Shown here one piece after another: positions 1 to 8,894 of a stretch of DNA of 32,000 nucleotides. The translations under genes were made by a program, and so were the position numbers. The stretch is from an uncultured Alphaproteobacteria bacterium (GTDB taxonomy: Bacteria; Pseudomonadota; Alphaproteobacteria; Rs-D84; CACZYB01), in contig CAKQHZ010000002.1 of the NCBI GenBank assembly GCA_934246625.1, forward strand, positions 60,001-92,000. The letters run 5' to 3'. Every line of letters begins with the position of its first letter. The first letter of the stretch is position 1. The notes under the pieces were generated by a model. It did no database searches and had not been told where the DNA came from. It saw only the letters and a program-made list of their open reading frames with translations.

Positions 1-1949
1 TTGTTATCACAGAATATGCAGATAAAAAAATGACCGAAGGAGCAGATCGAGTTGATGCGTATGCAGAAGCATCTGACCGTATGGCAATTCCAGTTATTTC
101 ATCAACACTTACAACATTGGTTGCATTCGCACCACTTATTTTCTGGCCTGGAATTATTGGTGAATTCTTAAAATACTTACCTATTTCTGTTATCTGTATT
201 TTATCAGCTTCACTTATAGTTGCACTTATCTTTATTCCTATATTCGGAGCCATATTCGGCAAAGCTGGTGCAATGAAAGAAGAAGAAAAAACTCAAGTTC
301 TTGCAAGTGAAAATGGAGAATATGAAAAATTAAAGGGCTATATGAAATTCTACTACAGAATTTTACACTTTGCATTGGAAAGACCATGGAAAGTCCTTGG
401 CGTAATAATGATAACTTTGTTCTTATCATTCTATACCTATGCAAAATTTGGTGTTGGTGTAGAATTCTTCCCTGAATCAGAACCTGACTTCATCAACATA
501 AATGTTCACGCACGTGGAAATCTATCCATTGATGAAAAAAGTAAATTCGTAAAACAAGTAGAAGATTTGGTTTCTGAACTTCCATACTTTGTGAACGTTT
601 ATTCTCGAACTGGTGCAAAATCACATAACGCATCAGAAGACGTTATCGGATATATCCAAGTTGAACTTCTTGATTGGCAAGAACGTCCTCGTGCATCTTA
701 CATCATTGAAAAACTTGATGAAAAACTTGCAAATATTTCTGGTGCGATTATTGAAATTTTAAAGGAAGATAAGGGTCCTGTCACAGGAAAACCTATCGAA
801 ATTGAAATTTCCTCAAACGAAGATAACCAAGAATTATTAAATAATGGTTATAAATATATGAAAACTGCGATGAATCAAATTGGTGGATTTATCAATATTG
901 AAGATACTCTCCCTCTTCCTGGTATTCAATGGGAAATGAAAATTAACAAAGCCCAAGCTGCAAAGTTTGGTGTGAATATATCTTCTATTGGAAGTATCGT
1001 TCAAATGATGACTCGCGGAACAAAAGTTTCAAGTTATATGCCAGCCGACAGCGATGAAGAAATCGACATACTTGTTCGTTTTCCAAAGGCTTTCCGTGCA
1101 CTTAATATGATTGATAACCTTTACGTTGTTGCTGGAACAAACAGTTCTGTTCCACTATCAACCTTTGTAAACATAGTTCCTGCACCAAAAGTAAATATGA
1201 TTCAAAGAATAAATGGTAAAAGAATTTTGAAAATTTCTGCTGATGTAGAAGAAGGAGCTTATGCTGCTGAAAAAATTTCTGCATTAAAGAAATATGAAAA
1301 ACAAAACCCTGCACCAGAAAAAATTCAAATCAAATTTGCTGGTCAAGACGAAGACAGCAAAGAAAGTATGAACTTCGTTATCAAAGCATTTAGTGCTGCA
1401 ATATTCTTAATGTTATTCATATTGCTTACACAATTTAACAGCTTCTATGATACATTTATGGTATTGTTCTCAATCTTACTTTCAACAATTGGTATCTTGT
1501 TGGGACTTGTTATAACAAGAGATACATTCTCTATCGTTATGACTGGACTTGCAATCGTATCACTTGCTGGTATCGTTGTTAACAATAACATTGTGTTAAT
1601 CGATGCTTATAACGAAATAAAACACAAAGTAAGCGACCCATTTGATGCATTGATAAGAACTGGACTTCAAAGAATTCGTCCTGTTTATCTTACAACAATC
1701 ACAACTATGTTGGGACTTGTTCCAATGGCATTAAAACTTAACATCGACTTTATAAATGCAAACATAACCATTGGTTCACCATCTATGGATATGTGGGCTG
1801 CATTCTCAAAGTCAGTTATCTTTGGATTGGGTTTTGCAACAATTTTAACCTTAGTTGTAACTCCTTGTATGATTTTAATAGGAGTAAGATTACGTGCAAA
1901 GGTAAAAAATTGGTGGCACAATAAATTTAAAAAAGATATAGAAGTATAA
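1..1949 (+). CDS. RND-family (AcrB/HAE1-like) efflux transporter permease, C-terminal ~640 aa; the 5' end lies upstream of the window
   Basis: The frame is open from nt 3 (..VITEYADKK then MTEG..), so the Met at 30 is internal. The translation shows large periplasmic loops alternating with clustered TM helices (AIPVISSTLTTLVAFAPLIFWPG, VMTGLAIVSLAGIVVNNNIVLIDAY, RIRPVYLTTITTMLGLVPMAL), typical of the second half of AcrB-type pumps. Confidence 0.85.
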   Translation, partial: VITEYADKKMTEGADRVDAYAEASDRMAIPVISSTLTTLVAFAPLIFWPGIIGEFLKYLPISVICILSASLIVALIFIPIFGAIFGKAGAMKEEEKTQVLASENGEYEKLKGYMKFYYRILHFALERPWKVLGVIMITLFLSFYTYAKFGVGVEFFPESEPDFININVHARGNLSIDEKSKFVKQVEDLVSELPYFVNVYSRTGAKSHNASEDVIGYIQVELLDWQERPRASYIIEKLDEKLANISGAIIEILKEDKGPVTGKPIEIEISSNEDNQELLNNGYKYMKTAMNQIGGFINIEDTLPLPGIQWEMKINKAQAAKFGVNISSIGSIVQMMTRGTKVSSYMPADSDEEIDILVRFPKAFRALNMIDNLYVVAGTNSSVPLSTFVNIVPAPKVNMIQRINGKRILKISADVEEGAYAAEKISALKKYEKQNPAPEKIQIKFAGQDEDSKESMNFVIKAFSAAIFLMLFILLTQFNSFYDTFMVLFSILLSTIGILLGLVITRDTFSIVMTGLAIVSLAGIVVNNNIVLIDAYNEIKHKVSDPFDALIRTGLQRIRPVYLTTITTMLGLVPMALKLNIDFINANITIGSPSMDMWAAFSKSVIFGLGFATILTLVVTPCMILIGVRLRAKVKNWWHNKFKKDIEV

Positions 1950-1953
1950 AAGA

Positions 1954-1979
1954 AGCCCCAAAACGGGGCTTTTTTTTTA
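1954..1979 (+). terminator. Rho-independent terminator after the RND gene
   Basis: Stem agcccc (1954-1959) pairs with ggggct (1965-1970), loop aaaac, followed by a T9 run. It sits between convergent genes. Confidence 0.8.
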
Positions 1980-2231
1980 TTATTTAGAATTAGCAGAAAT
2001 ATGTAAAAGCTGTTTTACCAACTCAATTTTTTGTTGTTTTTCAAATTCTTTTTCTGCCTTAATTTGTTGAGTTTTTGCATAATCTTCCGGATTTACCATT
2101 TTTTTAGATGAGAAAAACCCAGCCATTGACAATCCCAATATTGTTCCAAGACTTATTCCAACAACTGCTGTTAAAAATTCAACAAATTTATCTTTATCAT
2201 CATCTTTTTTATGTGTATACACTTTTTTCAT
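1980..2231 (-). CDS. small membrane protein, hypothetical (one TM helix plus a charged coiled tail; possibly YtxH-like)
   Basis: 83-aa ORF with one hydrophobic helix (FLTAVVGISLGTILGLSMAGFF) followed by a Lys/Glu/Gln-rich tail. No family motif identified with confidence. Confidence 0.5.
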   Translation of the reverse strand: MKKVYTHKKDDDKDKFVEFLTAVVGISLGTILGLSMAGFFSSKKMVNPEDYAKTQQIKAEKEFEKQQKIELVKQLLHISANSK

Positions 2232-2347
2232 AATAAAACTCCATATTTAAAAAATATGTATTATATCACAACTTTGATAAAAATAAAAGAACCAAGAAAA
2301 GAAATTTTTCCTATACAGCACTCCATTTTACACATTAACTTTTCCTC

Positions 2348-2376
2348 TTGACTTTAAAATAAAATAATGCTAATTT
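2348..2376 (+). promoter_or_regulatory. candidate sigma70-type promoter for the rpsP operon
   Basis: TTGACT (2348-2353), 17-nt spacer, TAATTT (2371-2376), about 130 nt upstream of the rpsP ATG. The -10 is weak in an AT-rich background. Confidence 0.3.
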
Positions 2377-2505
2377 TATAAGGATTTCCCGATAGTTAAA
2401 TAAGAATGGGAGAATACGGTAAATGGTGAGTTTTCACTCTTTATCGATTTTTTGTTTAACTAAGAACTTGATTTTACAAACCAAAAGACAACGAAAGGAA
2501 TAAAT

Positions 2506-2961
2506 ATGTCTGTAAAAATAAGATTATCAAGAAAAGGTTCAAAAAAACGTCCTTTTAATCATATAGTAGTAGCAAATAGCCGTGCTCCTCGTGATGGTGA
2601 TTTCATTGAAAAAGTTGGAACATACAATCCAATGCTTCCAAAGGAAGATCCAAAACGTGTAACACTTGTTGTTGACAGAATTAAATACTGGTTATCTATC
2701 GGTGCTCAACCATCAGATAAAGTTTCAAGATTTTTAAGCGAAGCTGGTATCCTTGGTAAATATGTTATCAATGATAAACAAACTAAAAAACCTCTTCCAA
2801 AAGCAAAAGCTCAAGAAAGATTAAAAGCTCAAGAAGAAAAAAGAAAAGCTGAAGAAGAAGCAAGAAAACAAGCTGAAGCAGAAGCACAAGCAAAATTCGA
2901 AGCTGACAACAAACCAGCTGAAGAAACAGCTCCTGCAACAGAAGAAACTCCTGCTGCTTAA
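2506..2961 (+). CDS. rpsP: 30S ribosomal protein S16 (bS16) with a long Ala/Glu/Lys-rich C-terminal tail
   Basis: [47 protein letters not shown] is the bS16 core. SD gaaagga precedes the ATG. The canonical rpsP-rimM-trmD-rplS order follows. Confidence 0.97.
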   Translation: MSVKIRLSRKGSKKRPFNHIVVANSRAPRDGDFIEKVGTYNPMLPKEDPKRVTLVVDRIKYWLSIGAQPSDKVSRFLSEAGILGKYVINDKQTKKPLPKAKAQERLKAQEEKRKAEEEARKQAEAEAQAKFEADNKPAEETAPATEETPAA

Positions 2962-2987
2962 CATAATACAATAGCAAAAAGGTAAAA

Positions 2988-3497
2988 ATGACAATATCAG
3001 ATAAAGTTTTAGTTGGAAAAATCTATGATGCCCACGGCATTCGTGGTTTGGTAAAGATAAAATCTTTTACCACAAATCCTGTATCAATCTGTGATTATTC
3101 TCCATTAACAGATGAACTTGGAAATGAATACAAAATCCAACTTAAAAGCCGTGCAAAATCTGATATTATTATTGTGGCAATAAATGACATTTCAGACAGA
3201 ACTACTGCCGAAACATTAAAGGGTAAAAAACTTTATGCAAAACGTTCATCTATCATTGATAATGAAAAAGATGTGTTGGTATCTGAACTTGAAAATTTCA
3301 AGGTCATTGATACAAACAATTCTTCTGTTGGTAAAGTTTTACAAATTTTAAACTTTGGTGCTGGCGACATTTTGGAAATTGAATTGGACAATGATAAAAA
3401 AACTGCACTCCTTTCAATGAACAAGGACTCTGTCAAAGAAATAAACAAAGAAAAGGAATATATAAAAATTGACTGCGAACACTTGTTGGAAAGTTAA
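2988..3497 (+). CDS. rimM: ribosome maturation factor RimM
   Basis: N-terminal GKIYDAHGIRGLVKIKSFT motif, a PRC-barrel-like C-terminal half, and the position between rpsP and trmD. Confidence 0.9.
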   Translation: MTISDKVLVGKIYDAHGIRGLVKIKSFTTNPVSICDYSPLTDELGNEYKIQLKSRAKSDIIIVAINDISDRTTAETLKGKKLYAKRSSIIDNEKDVLVSELENFKVIDTNNSSVGKVLQILNFGAGDILEIELDNDKKTALLSMNKDSVKEINKEKEYIKIDCEHLLES

Positions 3498-4182
3498 TAT
3501 TTTAACCCTATTCCCAGAAATGTTTGATTGTATGAATCATTCCATTATCAAAAGGGCAATAGACAATAAAATATTAAACTTAAACACAGTAAATATAAGA
3601 GATTTCGCAACTGACAATTATAAAACAGTTGACGATGCTCCTTATGGCGGTGGTGCAGGACAACTTTTAAAACCTGACATACTTGGCTATGCAATAGATA
3701 GTGTTTATTCTCGCGAAAATAAAAAGGGATCAATAATATACCTTTCACCTCGCGGAAAAATTTTCAATCAAGCTATTGCCGAACGCTTAAGTCAAGAGGA
3801 AGAAACAACCTTTATTTGTGGTCATTACGAAGGCATTGACGAACGTGTAATTGAATATTATGAAATAGAAGAAATCAGCCTTGGCGATTTTGTTTTATCT
3901 GGTGGTGAAACTGCTCTATTTCCAATACTTGATGCAACAACCCGTCTTCTTCCAAATGTTTTGGGAAGTGCACATTCCTTAAGTGAAGAAAGTTTTTCTG
4001 AAACATTAAATGGTATGCTTGAATACCCACAATATACCCGCCCTGATGTATGGAAGGACCTATCCGTTCCAGAAATTTTAAAATCAGGACACCATAAAAA
4101 GATTTCAGAGTGGAAAATGGCTAAATCTTTGGAAATAACGAAAAAAAACAGACCTGATTTGCTAAAAAACATTGAAAAATAA
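3469..4182 (+). CDS. trmD: tRNA (guanine37-N1)-methyltransferase TrmD
   Basis: ILTLFPEMF, YGGGAGQLLKP, GHYEGIDERV and LSLGDFVLSGGE motifs. The only start upstream of the conserved N-terminus is TTG at 3469, which overlaps rimM by 29 nt. Confidence 0.93.
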   Translation: MTANTCWKVNILTLFPEMFDCMNHSIIKRAIDNKILNLNTVNIRDFATDNYKTVDDAPYGGGAGQLLKPDILGYAIDSVYSRENKKGSIIYLSPRGKIFNQAIAERLSQEEETTFICGHYEGIDERVIEYYEIEEISLGDFVLSGGETALFPILDATTRLLPNVLGSAHSLSEESFSETLNGMLEYPQYTRPDVWKDLSVPEILKSGHHKKISEWKMAKSLEITKKNRPDLLKNIEK

Positions 4183-4226
4183 AAACAACATTGTATTATT
4201 AAACTTATAACTAGAAAGGTAAAAAA

Positions 4227-4625
4227 ATGAATTTATTAAAACTTATCGAAAAGAAAAATGTTGAAAAATTATCAACACACACAATACCAAACTTCAAAGC
4301 TGGTGATACAGTAAAAGTTCATACAAAAGTTATCGAAGGAAAAAATGAACGTATCCAATTATTTGAAGGTGTATGTATTGCAAGAAAAAATCGTGGTTTA
4401 AGCTCATCTTTCACAGTAAGAAAAATTTCTTTCGGTGAAGGTGTTGAAAAGGTGTTTCCTCTTTACTCACCAAACGTTGCAAAAATCGAAGTTGTAAAAT
4501 ATGGTAAAGTAAGAAGAAGCAAACTTTACTACTTAAGAACTTTATTCGGTAAAAAGGCAAGAATTGCTGAAGATTTAGCAACTACACACAAAGTAAGTGA
4601 AGAAAAATCAGCCGAAGCAAAATAA
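4227..4625 (+). CDS. rplS: 50S ribosomal protein L19 (bL19)
   Basis: [60 protein letters not shown] is the bL19 core. SD aaaggt lies upstream. Confidence 0.97.
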   Translation: MNLLKLIEKKNVEKLSTHTIPNFKAGDTVKVHTKVIEGKNERIQLFEGVCIARKNRGLSSSFTVRKISFGEGVEKVFPLYSPNVAKIEVVKYGKVRRSKLYYLRTLFGKKARIAEDLATTHKVSEEKSAEAK

Positions 4626-4651
4626 CTTTTAAATAAAAAGGGGGTCATAAA

Positions 4652-5176
4652 ATGGTTAAGAAAAACGAAAATGGTTTATCTAAATTTCAAAATAAAATAA
4701 CCAAGGGTTTCATTAACTTTTTTATGACTCTTTCAAAAAACAAAAATCCATTTGAAACAATCGTTGGATTTGCAATATTGTTTATTGCTATATACTTCCT
4801 TATTTGGGGTATTTTATCCGCAAAAACAAACAATATTTCTGGATACAATTTATATACAAATTTCTCATCTATTGGTGGGCTTTCCCGTGGTGCAGATGTT
4901 TCTGTGAACGGAGTAAAGGTTGGTTCTGTGATTGAAACAAAACTAAACCCTATTGATTATACAGTTGATGTAATGATGTCAATCGACAGCAAATATAAAT
5001 TTCCAAAAAATACAACCGCACAAATATCAACTTATGGAATAATTGGTGCAAAATATATAAAACTTGAAATAGGTTCATCAAAGGAACTTATTGAACCAAA
5101 TGGTAAATTACAATCAAAACCATTCAAAACATTAGAAGAAATCATAAGCGATATAATATTCAAAACAAGTAAATAA
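4652..5176 (+). CDS. mlaD: MlaD-family (MCE domain) outer-membrane lipid asymmetry protein
   Basis: N-terminal TM helix (IVGFAILFIAIYFLIWGIL) followed by an MCE-domain pattern (GGLSRGADVSVNGVKVGSV, TYGIIGAKYIKLEIG). SD aaaggggg lies upstream. Confidence 0.8.
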   Translation: MVKKNENGLSKFQNKITKGFINFFMTLSKNKNPFETIVGFAILFIAIYFLIWGILSAKTNNISGYNLYTNFSSIGGLSRGADVSVNGVKVGSVIETKLNPIDYTVDVMMSIDSKYKFPKNTTAQISTYGIIGAKYIKLEIGSSKELIEPNGKLQSKPFKTLEEIISDIIFKTSK

Positions 5177-5178
5177 AG

Positions 5179-5655
5179 ATGACTAAACTAAACTTTAAAT
5201 TGATTTTATGTGTTGCATTTACAATTTTTTCAAATGCAACTTTTGCATTTACAAATATTCCTCAAAACAAGGCAACTATTCGTGCCCTTAACAAACAAAC
5301 TGGTCGCACAAAGGATATTGAAATACCTGTTGGTGAACAAACCATATTTGAAAATATTTTGATTGATATGAAGGCATGCTTCACTCGACCAGAAGATGAA
5401 ACACCTGAAAATTCTTCATTCGTTCAAATTACCGAAATAAATACAGATTTCAAAGAAGAACTTACATCAGTAAAGAAGGGAAATGTAATATTTTCCGGTT
5501 GGATGTTTTCCTCATCTCCAAGTCTTTCTGCAATGGAACACCCAAACTATGATATTTGGCTTTTGGAATGCAGGGACGACCCTCGCTATGCAAAAATAAC
5601 TTTGCCACAAAACATAAACCAAAATTCCAATTCCGAAACAAACGAAATAAATTAG
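5179..5655 (+). CDS. DUF2155 domain protein (periplasmic, signal peptide)
   Basis: Signal peptide, then IRALNKQTGRTKDIEIPVGE and FSGWMFSSSPSLSAMEHPNYDIWLLEC, as I recall for the DUF2155 family that typically follows mlaD in Alphaproteobacteria. Confidence 0.7.
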   Translation: MTKLNFKLILCVAFTIFSNATFAFTNIPQNKATIRALNKQTGRTKDIEIPVGEQTIFENILIDMKACFTRPEDETPENSSFVQITEINTDFKEELTSVKKGNVIFSGWMFSSSPSLSAMEHPNYDIWLLECRDDPRYAKITLPQNINQNSNSETNEIN

Positions 5656-5741
5656 ATATTTTTTAATTTTATCATTGTATTTTTTCTCATAATTCTTTAT
5701 TATTATAAAGATAAAAATTTTTGATAAAAAAAGAGAAAAAA

Positions 5742-6641
5742 ATGGGAAAAAAGAAGAAAAAAGCATCTGAAGAATTCAAAGAAACAATAAAGGCAATATT
5801 TTGGGCTGCAACACTTGCAATAATCATTCGCACTTTTGCAATCGAACCATTTCATATTCCTTCCGATTCAATGATACCAAATTTATTTGTCGGAGACCAT
5901 TTATTCGTATCAAAAATTTCATACGGATATTCCCGCCAATCATTTCCATTTTCTCTTCCTATAATAAAGGACCGTATTTTCTTTACAGAACCAGAAGTTG
6001 GTGATGTAATAGTTTTCAAAAAAATAAAGGGACACCCTGATAATTATATCAAACGACTTATCGGAAAACCAGGTGATAAAATCCAAGTCAAAAATGGCAT
6101 TTTAAACATCAATGGCAAACCTCTTAAACGTGAATATATTGACAAGTTTTTCATTGTAAATCTTCCTTATAATCTAAGGAAATCTGACAGCATCACAATC
6201 ACAACCAAAGATGCTCAAACATTAACAATAATTGATACAAAAAAATTATACCTAAACGGTCGTCCATTAAAAAAGGACCAATATACTATTGCATATAAGG
6301 AAATCCCAAATTTCAAAGGTGAAGCAATCGAACTTAACAAATACAAATACACTCTTCCAAACGGAAAGGAACATTTTGTAATTGAAATAAGTGATTCTGA
6401 ACCAATGGATAACACCCAAGAATATATTGTTCCTAAAAACCACTATTTTATGATGGGTGATAATCGCGATATGTCCGAAGACAGCAGATTTTTGAACGAA
6501 GTCGGATATATTCACCGCCGTGATTTAATCGGACATGCAAACTTAATTTTTTATTCTCATAACAATTCTGTAAACATATTTGAATTTTGGAAATACTTAA
6601 AACCAATCAGATATGAACGACTTTTTAACAAAATAAAATAA
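5742..6641 (+). CDS. lepB: signal peptidase I (S26 family)
   Basis: Catalytic boxes IPSDSMIPNL (Ser), YIKRLIGKPGD (Lys) and GDNRDMSEDSRF. The start is ambiguous: ATG 5742 or in-frame TTG 5721. Confidence 0.93.
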   Translation: MGKKKKKASEEFKETIKAIFWAATLAIIIRTFAIEPFHIPSDSMIPNLFVGDHLFVSKISYGYSRQSFPFSLPIIKDRIFFTEPEVGDVIVFKKIKGHPDNYIKRLIGKPGDKIQVKNGILNINGKPLKREYIDKFFIVNLPYNLRKSDSITITTKDAQTLTIIDTKKLYLNGRPLKKDQYTIAYKEIPNFKGEAIELNKYKYTLPNGKEHFVIEISDSEPMDNTQEYIVPKNHYFMMGDNRDMSEDSRFLNEVGYIHRRDLIGHANLIFYSHNNSVNIFEFWKYLKPIRYERLFNKIK

Positions 6642-6651
6642 GGTAAAGAAA

Positions 6652-7473
6652 ATGATAAAAGAAACAATAGTTGATGATATATATGCCCCAAAACCAGAAA
6701 AAAAACCAAAGAAAACAAAAATAACTTATGATGATTTTTGTGAAATTTTGGATTACCGTTTCAAACGAGTTGTCCTTTTAAAACGTGCTCTTACCCACTC
6801 AAGTTTTTCAAAAAATCGCCTTGAAAACAATCAACGTCTTGAATTTTTAGGCGACCGAGTTTTGGGACTTACTATTGCAACATTATTATATGAAAATTAT
6901 CCACTTGAAGACGAAGGTTCACTCGCAATTCGTCATTCTTCACTTGTATCTGCAAAAACTTTGGCTGGTATTGCTGATAAAATAAGAATTTCCGACCTTC
7001 TTGAACTTTCACCTCAAGAATTAAAAAGAAAAGGTTATAAAAACAAAAATATTCTTGCTGATTCAACCGAAGCTCTTCTTGGGGCAATCTACCTTGACAG
7101 TGGTTTTGAAACTGTATTCAAAATCATAAGCAAACTTTGGGCCGAAAACATCGAAAAATCAAGAACTCCATTAAAGGATTCAAAAACAAAACTCCAAGAA
7201 TACACACAAAAAACTTATGGCACCCACCCTACTTATACATTGATAAGCAAGGACGGCCCTGCTCATGCTCCAACATTCACAATAACAAGCACTATCGGAG
7301 ATATAACCGAAACTGCAAGTGGACCATCAAAGCGTGATGCAGAACAACTTATCGCTGCAAAAATTCTTCAAAAATTAAATCTTCTAAACGACGAAGAATT
7401 AGAAGATTTAAAATTATACGAAGAATCTATGAACAAAGACAAAGAAGAAGAAAAACCATCTATCTTAATCTAG
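6652..7473 (+). CDS. rnc: ribonuclease III
   Basis: RNase III signature NQRLEFLGDRVL, ADSTEALLGAIYLD, and a C-terminal dsRBD (KTKLQEY..GPAHAPTF). The lepB-rnc order is canonical. Confidence 0.95.
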   Translation: MIKETIVDDIYAPKPEKKPKKTKITYDDFCEILDYRFKRVVLLKRALTHSSFSKNRLENNQRLEFLGDRVLGLTIATLLYENYPLEDEGSLAIRHSSLVSAKTLAGIADKIRISDLLELSPQELKRKGYKNKNILADSTEALLGAIYLDSGFETVFKIISKLWAENIEKSRTPLKDSKTKLQEYTQKTYGTHPTYTLISKDGPAHAPTFTITSTIGDITETASGPSKRDAEQLIAAKILQKLNLLNDEELEDLKLYEESMNKDKEEEKPSILI

Positions 7474-7786
7474 TATAAAGATAAAGTTCCAAAACTCGAG
7501 AAAGTCGTTTTGAATTTTCATCATCTTTGTAAGAAAGTTCTGTTTCAAGATAAGAAACTTCACCAAAAGAATATTTATCAAGGAGCTTTTCCAAACTTAC
7601 TCTTAAATTTGCCTTTAAAGCATAGTAAGTTTCAAGCTCCTTTTCCATATCATAAGAGTTGTTTTCAGAAATAGTTTTAACATTAGCATCAATTTTTGAA
7701 AGAAATTCAGAAAGCAAAATTTTTTCCAAAACGAATGCTCTTCTATGAATTAAACTATACCCCTTTAAATTTTCAATTTTATTCAT
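7460..7786 (-). CDS. hypothetical protein (108 aa, helical, cytoplasmic)
   Basis: Clean ORF whose 3' end overlaps rnc by 14 nt. No motif recognised. Confidence 0.45.
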   Translation of the reverse strand: MNKIENLKGYSLIHRRAFVLEKILLSEFLSKIDANVKTISENNSYDMEKELETYYALKANLRVSLEKLLDKYSFGEVSYLETELSYKDDENSKRLSRVLELYLYTRLR

Positions 7787-7880
7787 AATAAATCCTTTCA
7801 GAAAAATAAAGTATTAAAAGAATATACAAAAAAAACACCTATAAAATCAAGGAGAAAATTTACCCACAAAATTTTGAAAT

Positions 7881-8174
7881 TTAATATAAGAATTTTTCTT
7901 CGCGTTTAAGTTTCTTTTTCAAATTGGAATCCAAAATAACTTTAACCTTATATTGACGCAAAGCCTGACTATCTTCATTCATTTCCGTAATATTGACTTC
8001 ATCTACCAAACGCAAAGCCTTTAATACCTTTCTTGGAATATAGGAAAGTTTCACAATTTCATTTTCATCACGAAACAACGCAAGCAACTTTTTCCCATCA
8101 AAAACCATAAATGGATTTAATGGTGAACTTGGTCTTGCCAACATCACAAGCATAAGTTTTCCACTTGCATTCAC
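7881..8174 (-). CDS. hypothetical protein (97 aa from GTG 8174; possibly 109 aa from a non-canonical ATT at 8210)
   Basis: The ORF remains open upstream to 8223. A strong SD AAGGAG (8223-8218, minus strand) lies 7 nt before an in-frame ATT at 8210, whereas GTG 8174 has no SD. Confidence 0.45.
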   Translation of the reverse strand: MNASGKLMLVMLARPSSPLNPFMVFDGKKLLALFRDENEIVKLSYIPRKVLKALRLVDEVNITEMNEDSQALRQYKVKVILDSNLKKKLKREEKFLY

Positions 8175-8329
8175 AATAAAATCAAACGATGGCTCTAAAA
8201 CGACTATAATTTTAATTCTCCTTTATATAAAAAGAATAACATATATTTAAAAGATTTTAAATCGTTTTTTAACTTTATTTTACAACTAAAATCTGCTATG
8301 ATAAATATATAATAAAAAGAGAGGGAAAA

Positions 8330-8860
8330 ATGCCAAGTAATTATTCAGACAGCCCATCAATGGACGAAATTTTAGAACGTATCAAAAGGGCATTATCAGA
8401 CAGAGAAACAAAATCTTCATATTATGAAGAGGAAGAACATTACGAAGTTTCATCTGAATACCCAACAAACAAAAGAAACTCTTCATTATCATTCGAAGAA
8501 ATGAAGGAACTTTCATCATCAAGGGAAATGACAAACAAAATTGTTCAACCTTTGGCAGATGATGACATTTTCATAAAACCAGTCATCACACAAAAAACAA
8601 CCGAAGATGAAATAATAAAACCATTAAAAAAATCTGAAAAACTTAATCAACCAAAAATAAACGATGATGTTTTTGTTCTTACAAAAAGTATGAAAATAAA
8701 TCACAAACTTAACTTTGAAAACGTGGATTTGGATAAACTTTATAAAAACATATCCCTTGAACTTGGTCGAGATTTGGCAATCGCCTATCTGTCCCCAAAA
8801 ATCGAAAGCTGGTTCAAAATCAATATGCCAGATATGATAAAAAAATCACAAAACAAATAA
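8330..8860 (+). CDS. DUF2497 / PopZ-like protein
   Basis: N-terminal SPSMDEILERIKRALSD resembles the PopZ/DUF2497 N-terminal helix (..MEEILASIRRII..). An acidic low-complexity middle and a conserved-looking C-terminal helix region (LSPKIESWFKINMPDMIKK) follow. SD agagggaaaaATG. Confidence 0.55.
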   Translation: MPSNYSDSPSMDEILERIKRALSDRETKSSYYEEEEHYEVSSEYPTNKRNSSLSFEEMKELSSSREMTNKIVQPLADDDIFIKPVITQKTTEDEIIKPLKKSEKLNQPKINDDVFVLTKSMKINHKLNFENVDLDKLYKNISLELGRDLAIAYLSPKIESWFKINMPDMIKKSQNK

Positions 8861-8867
8861 AAATTTA

Positions 8868-8892
8868 CCCCCTTTAAAAGGGGGATTTTTTT
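8868..8892 (+). terminator. Rho-independent terminator between convergent genes
   Basis: Stem ccccctt (8868-8874) pairs with aaggggg (8878-8884), followed by a T7 run. Confidence 0.8.
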
Positions 8893-8894
8893 GA

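Noticed and set aside
7460-8223. The two small minus-strand ORFs after rnc as a toxin-antitoxin pair
   Set aside because: They are separated by about 94 nt rather than overlapping. No recognisable toxin or antitoxin motifs (PIN, RelE, HTH or RHH) were seen, and the sizes are similar. Nothing supports the call.
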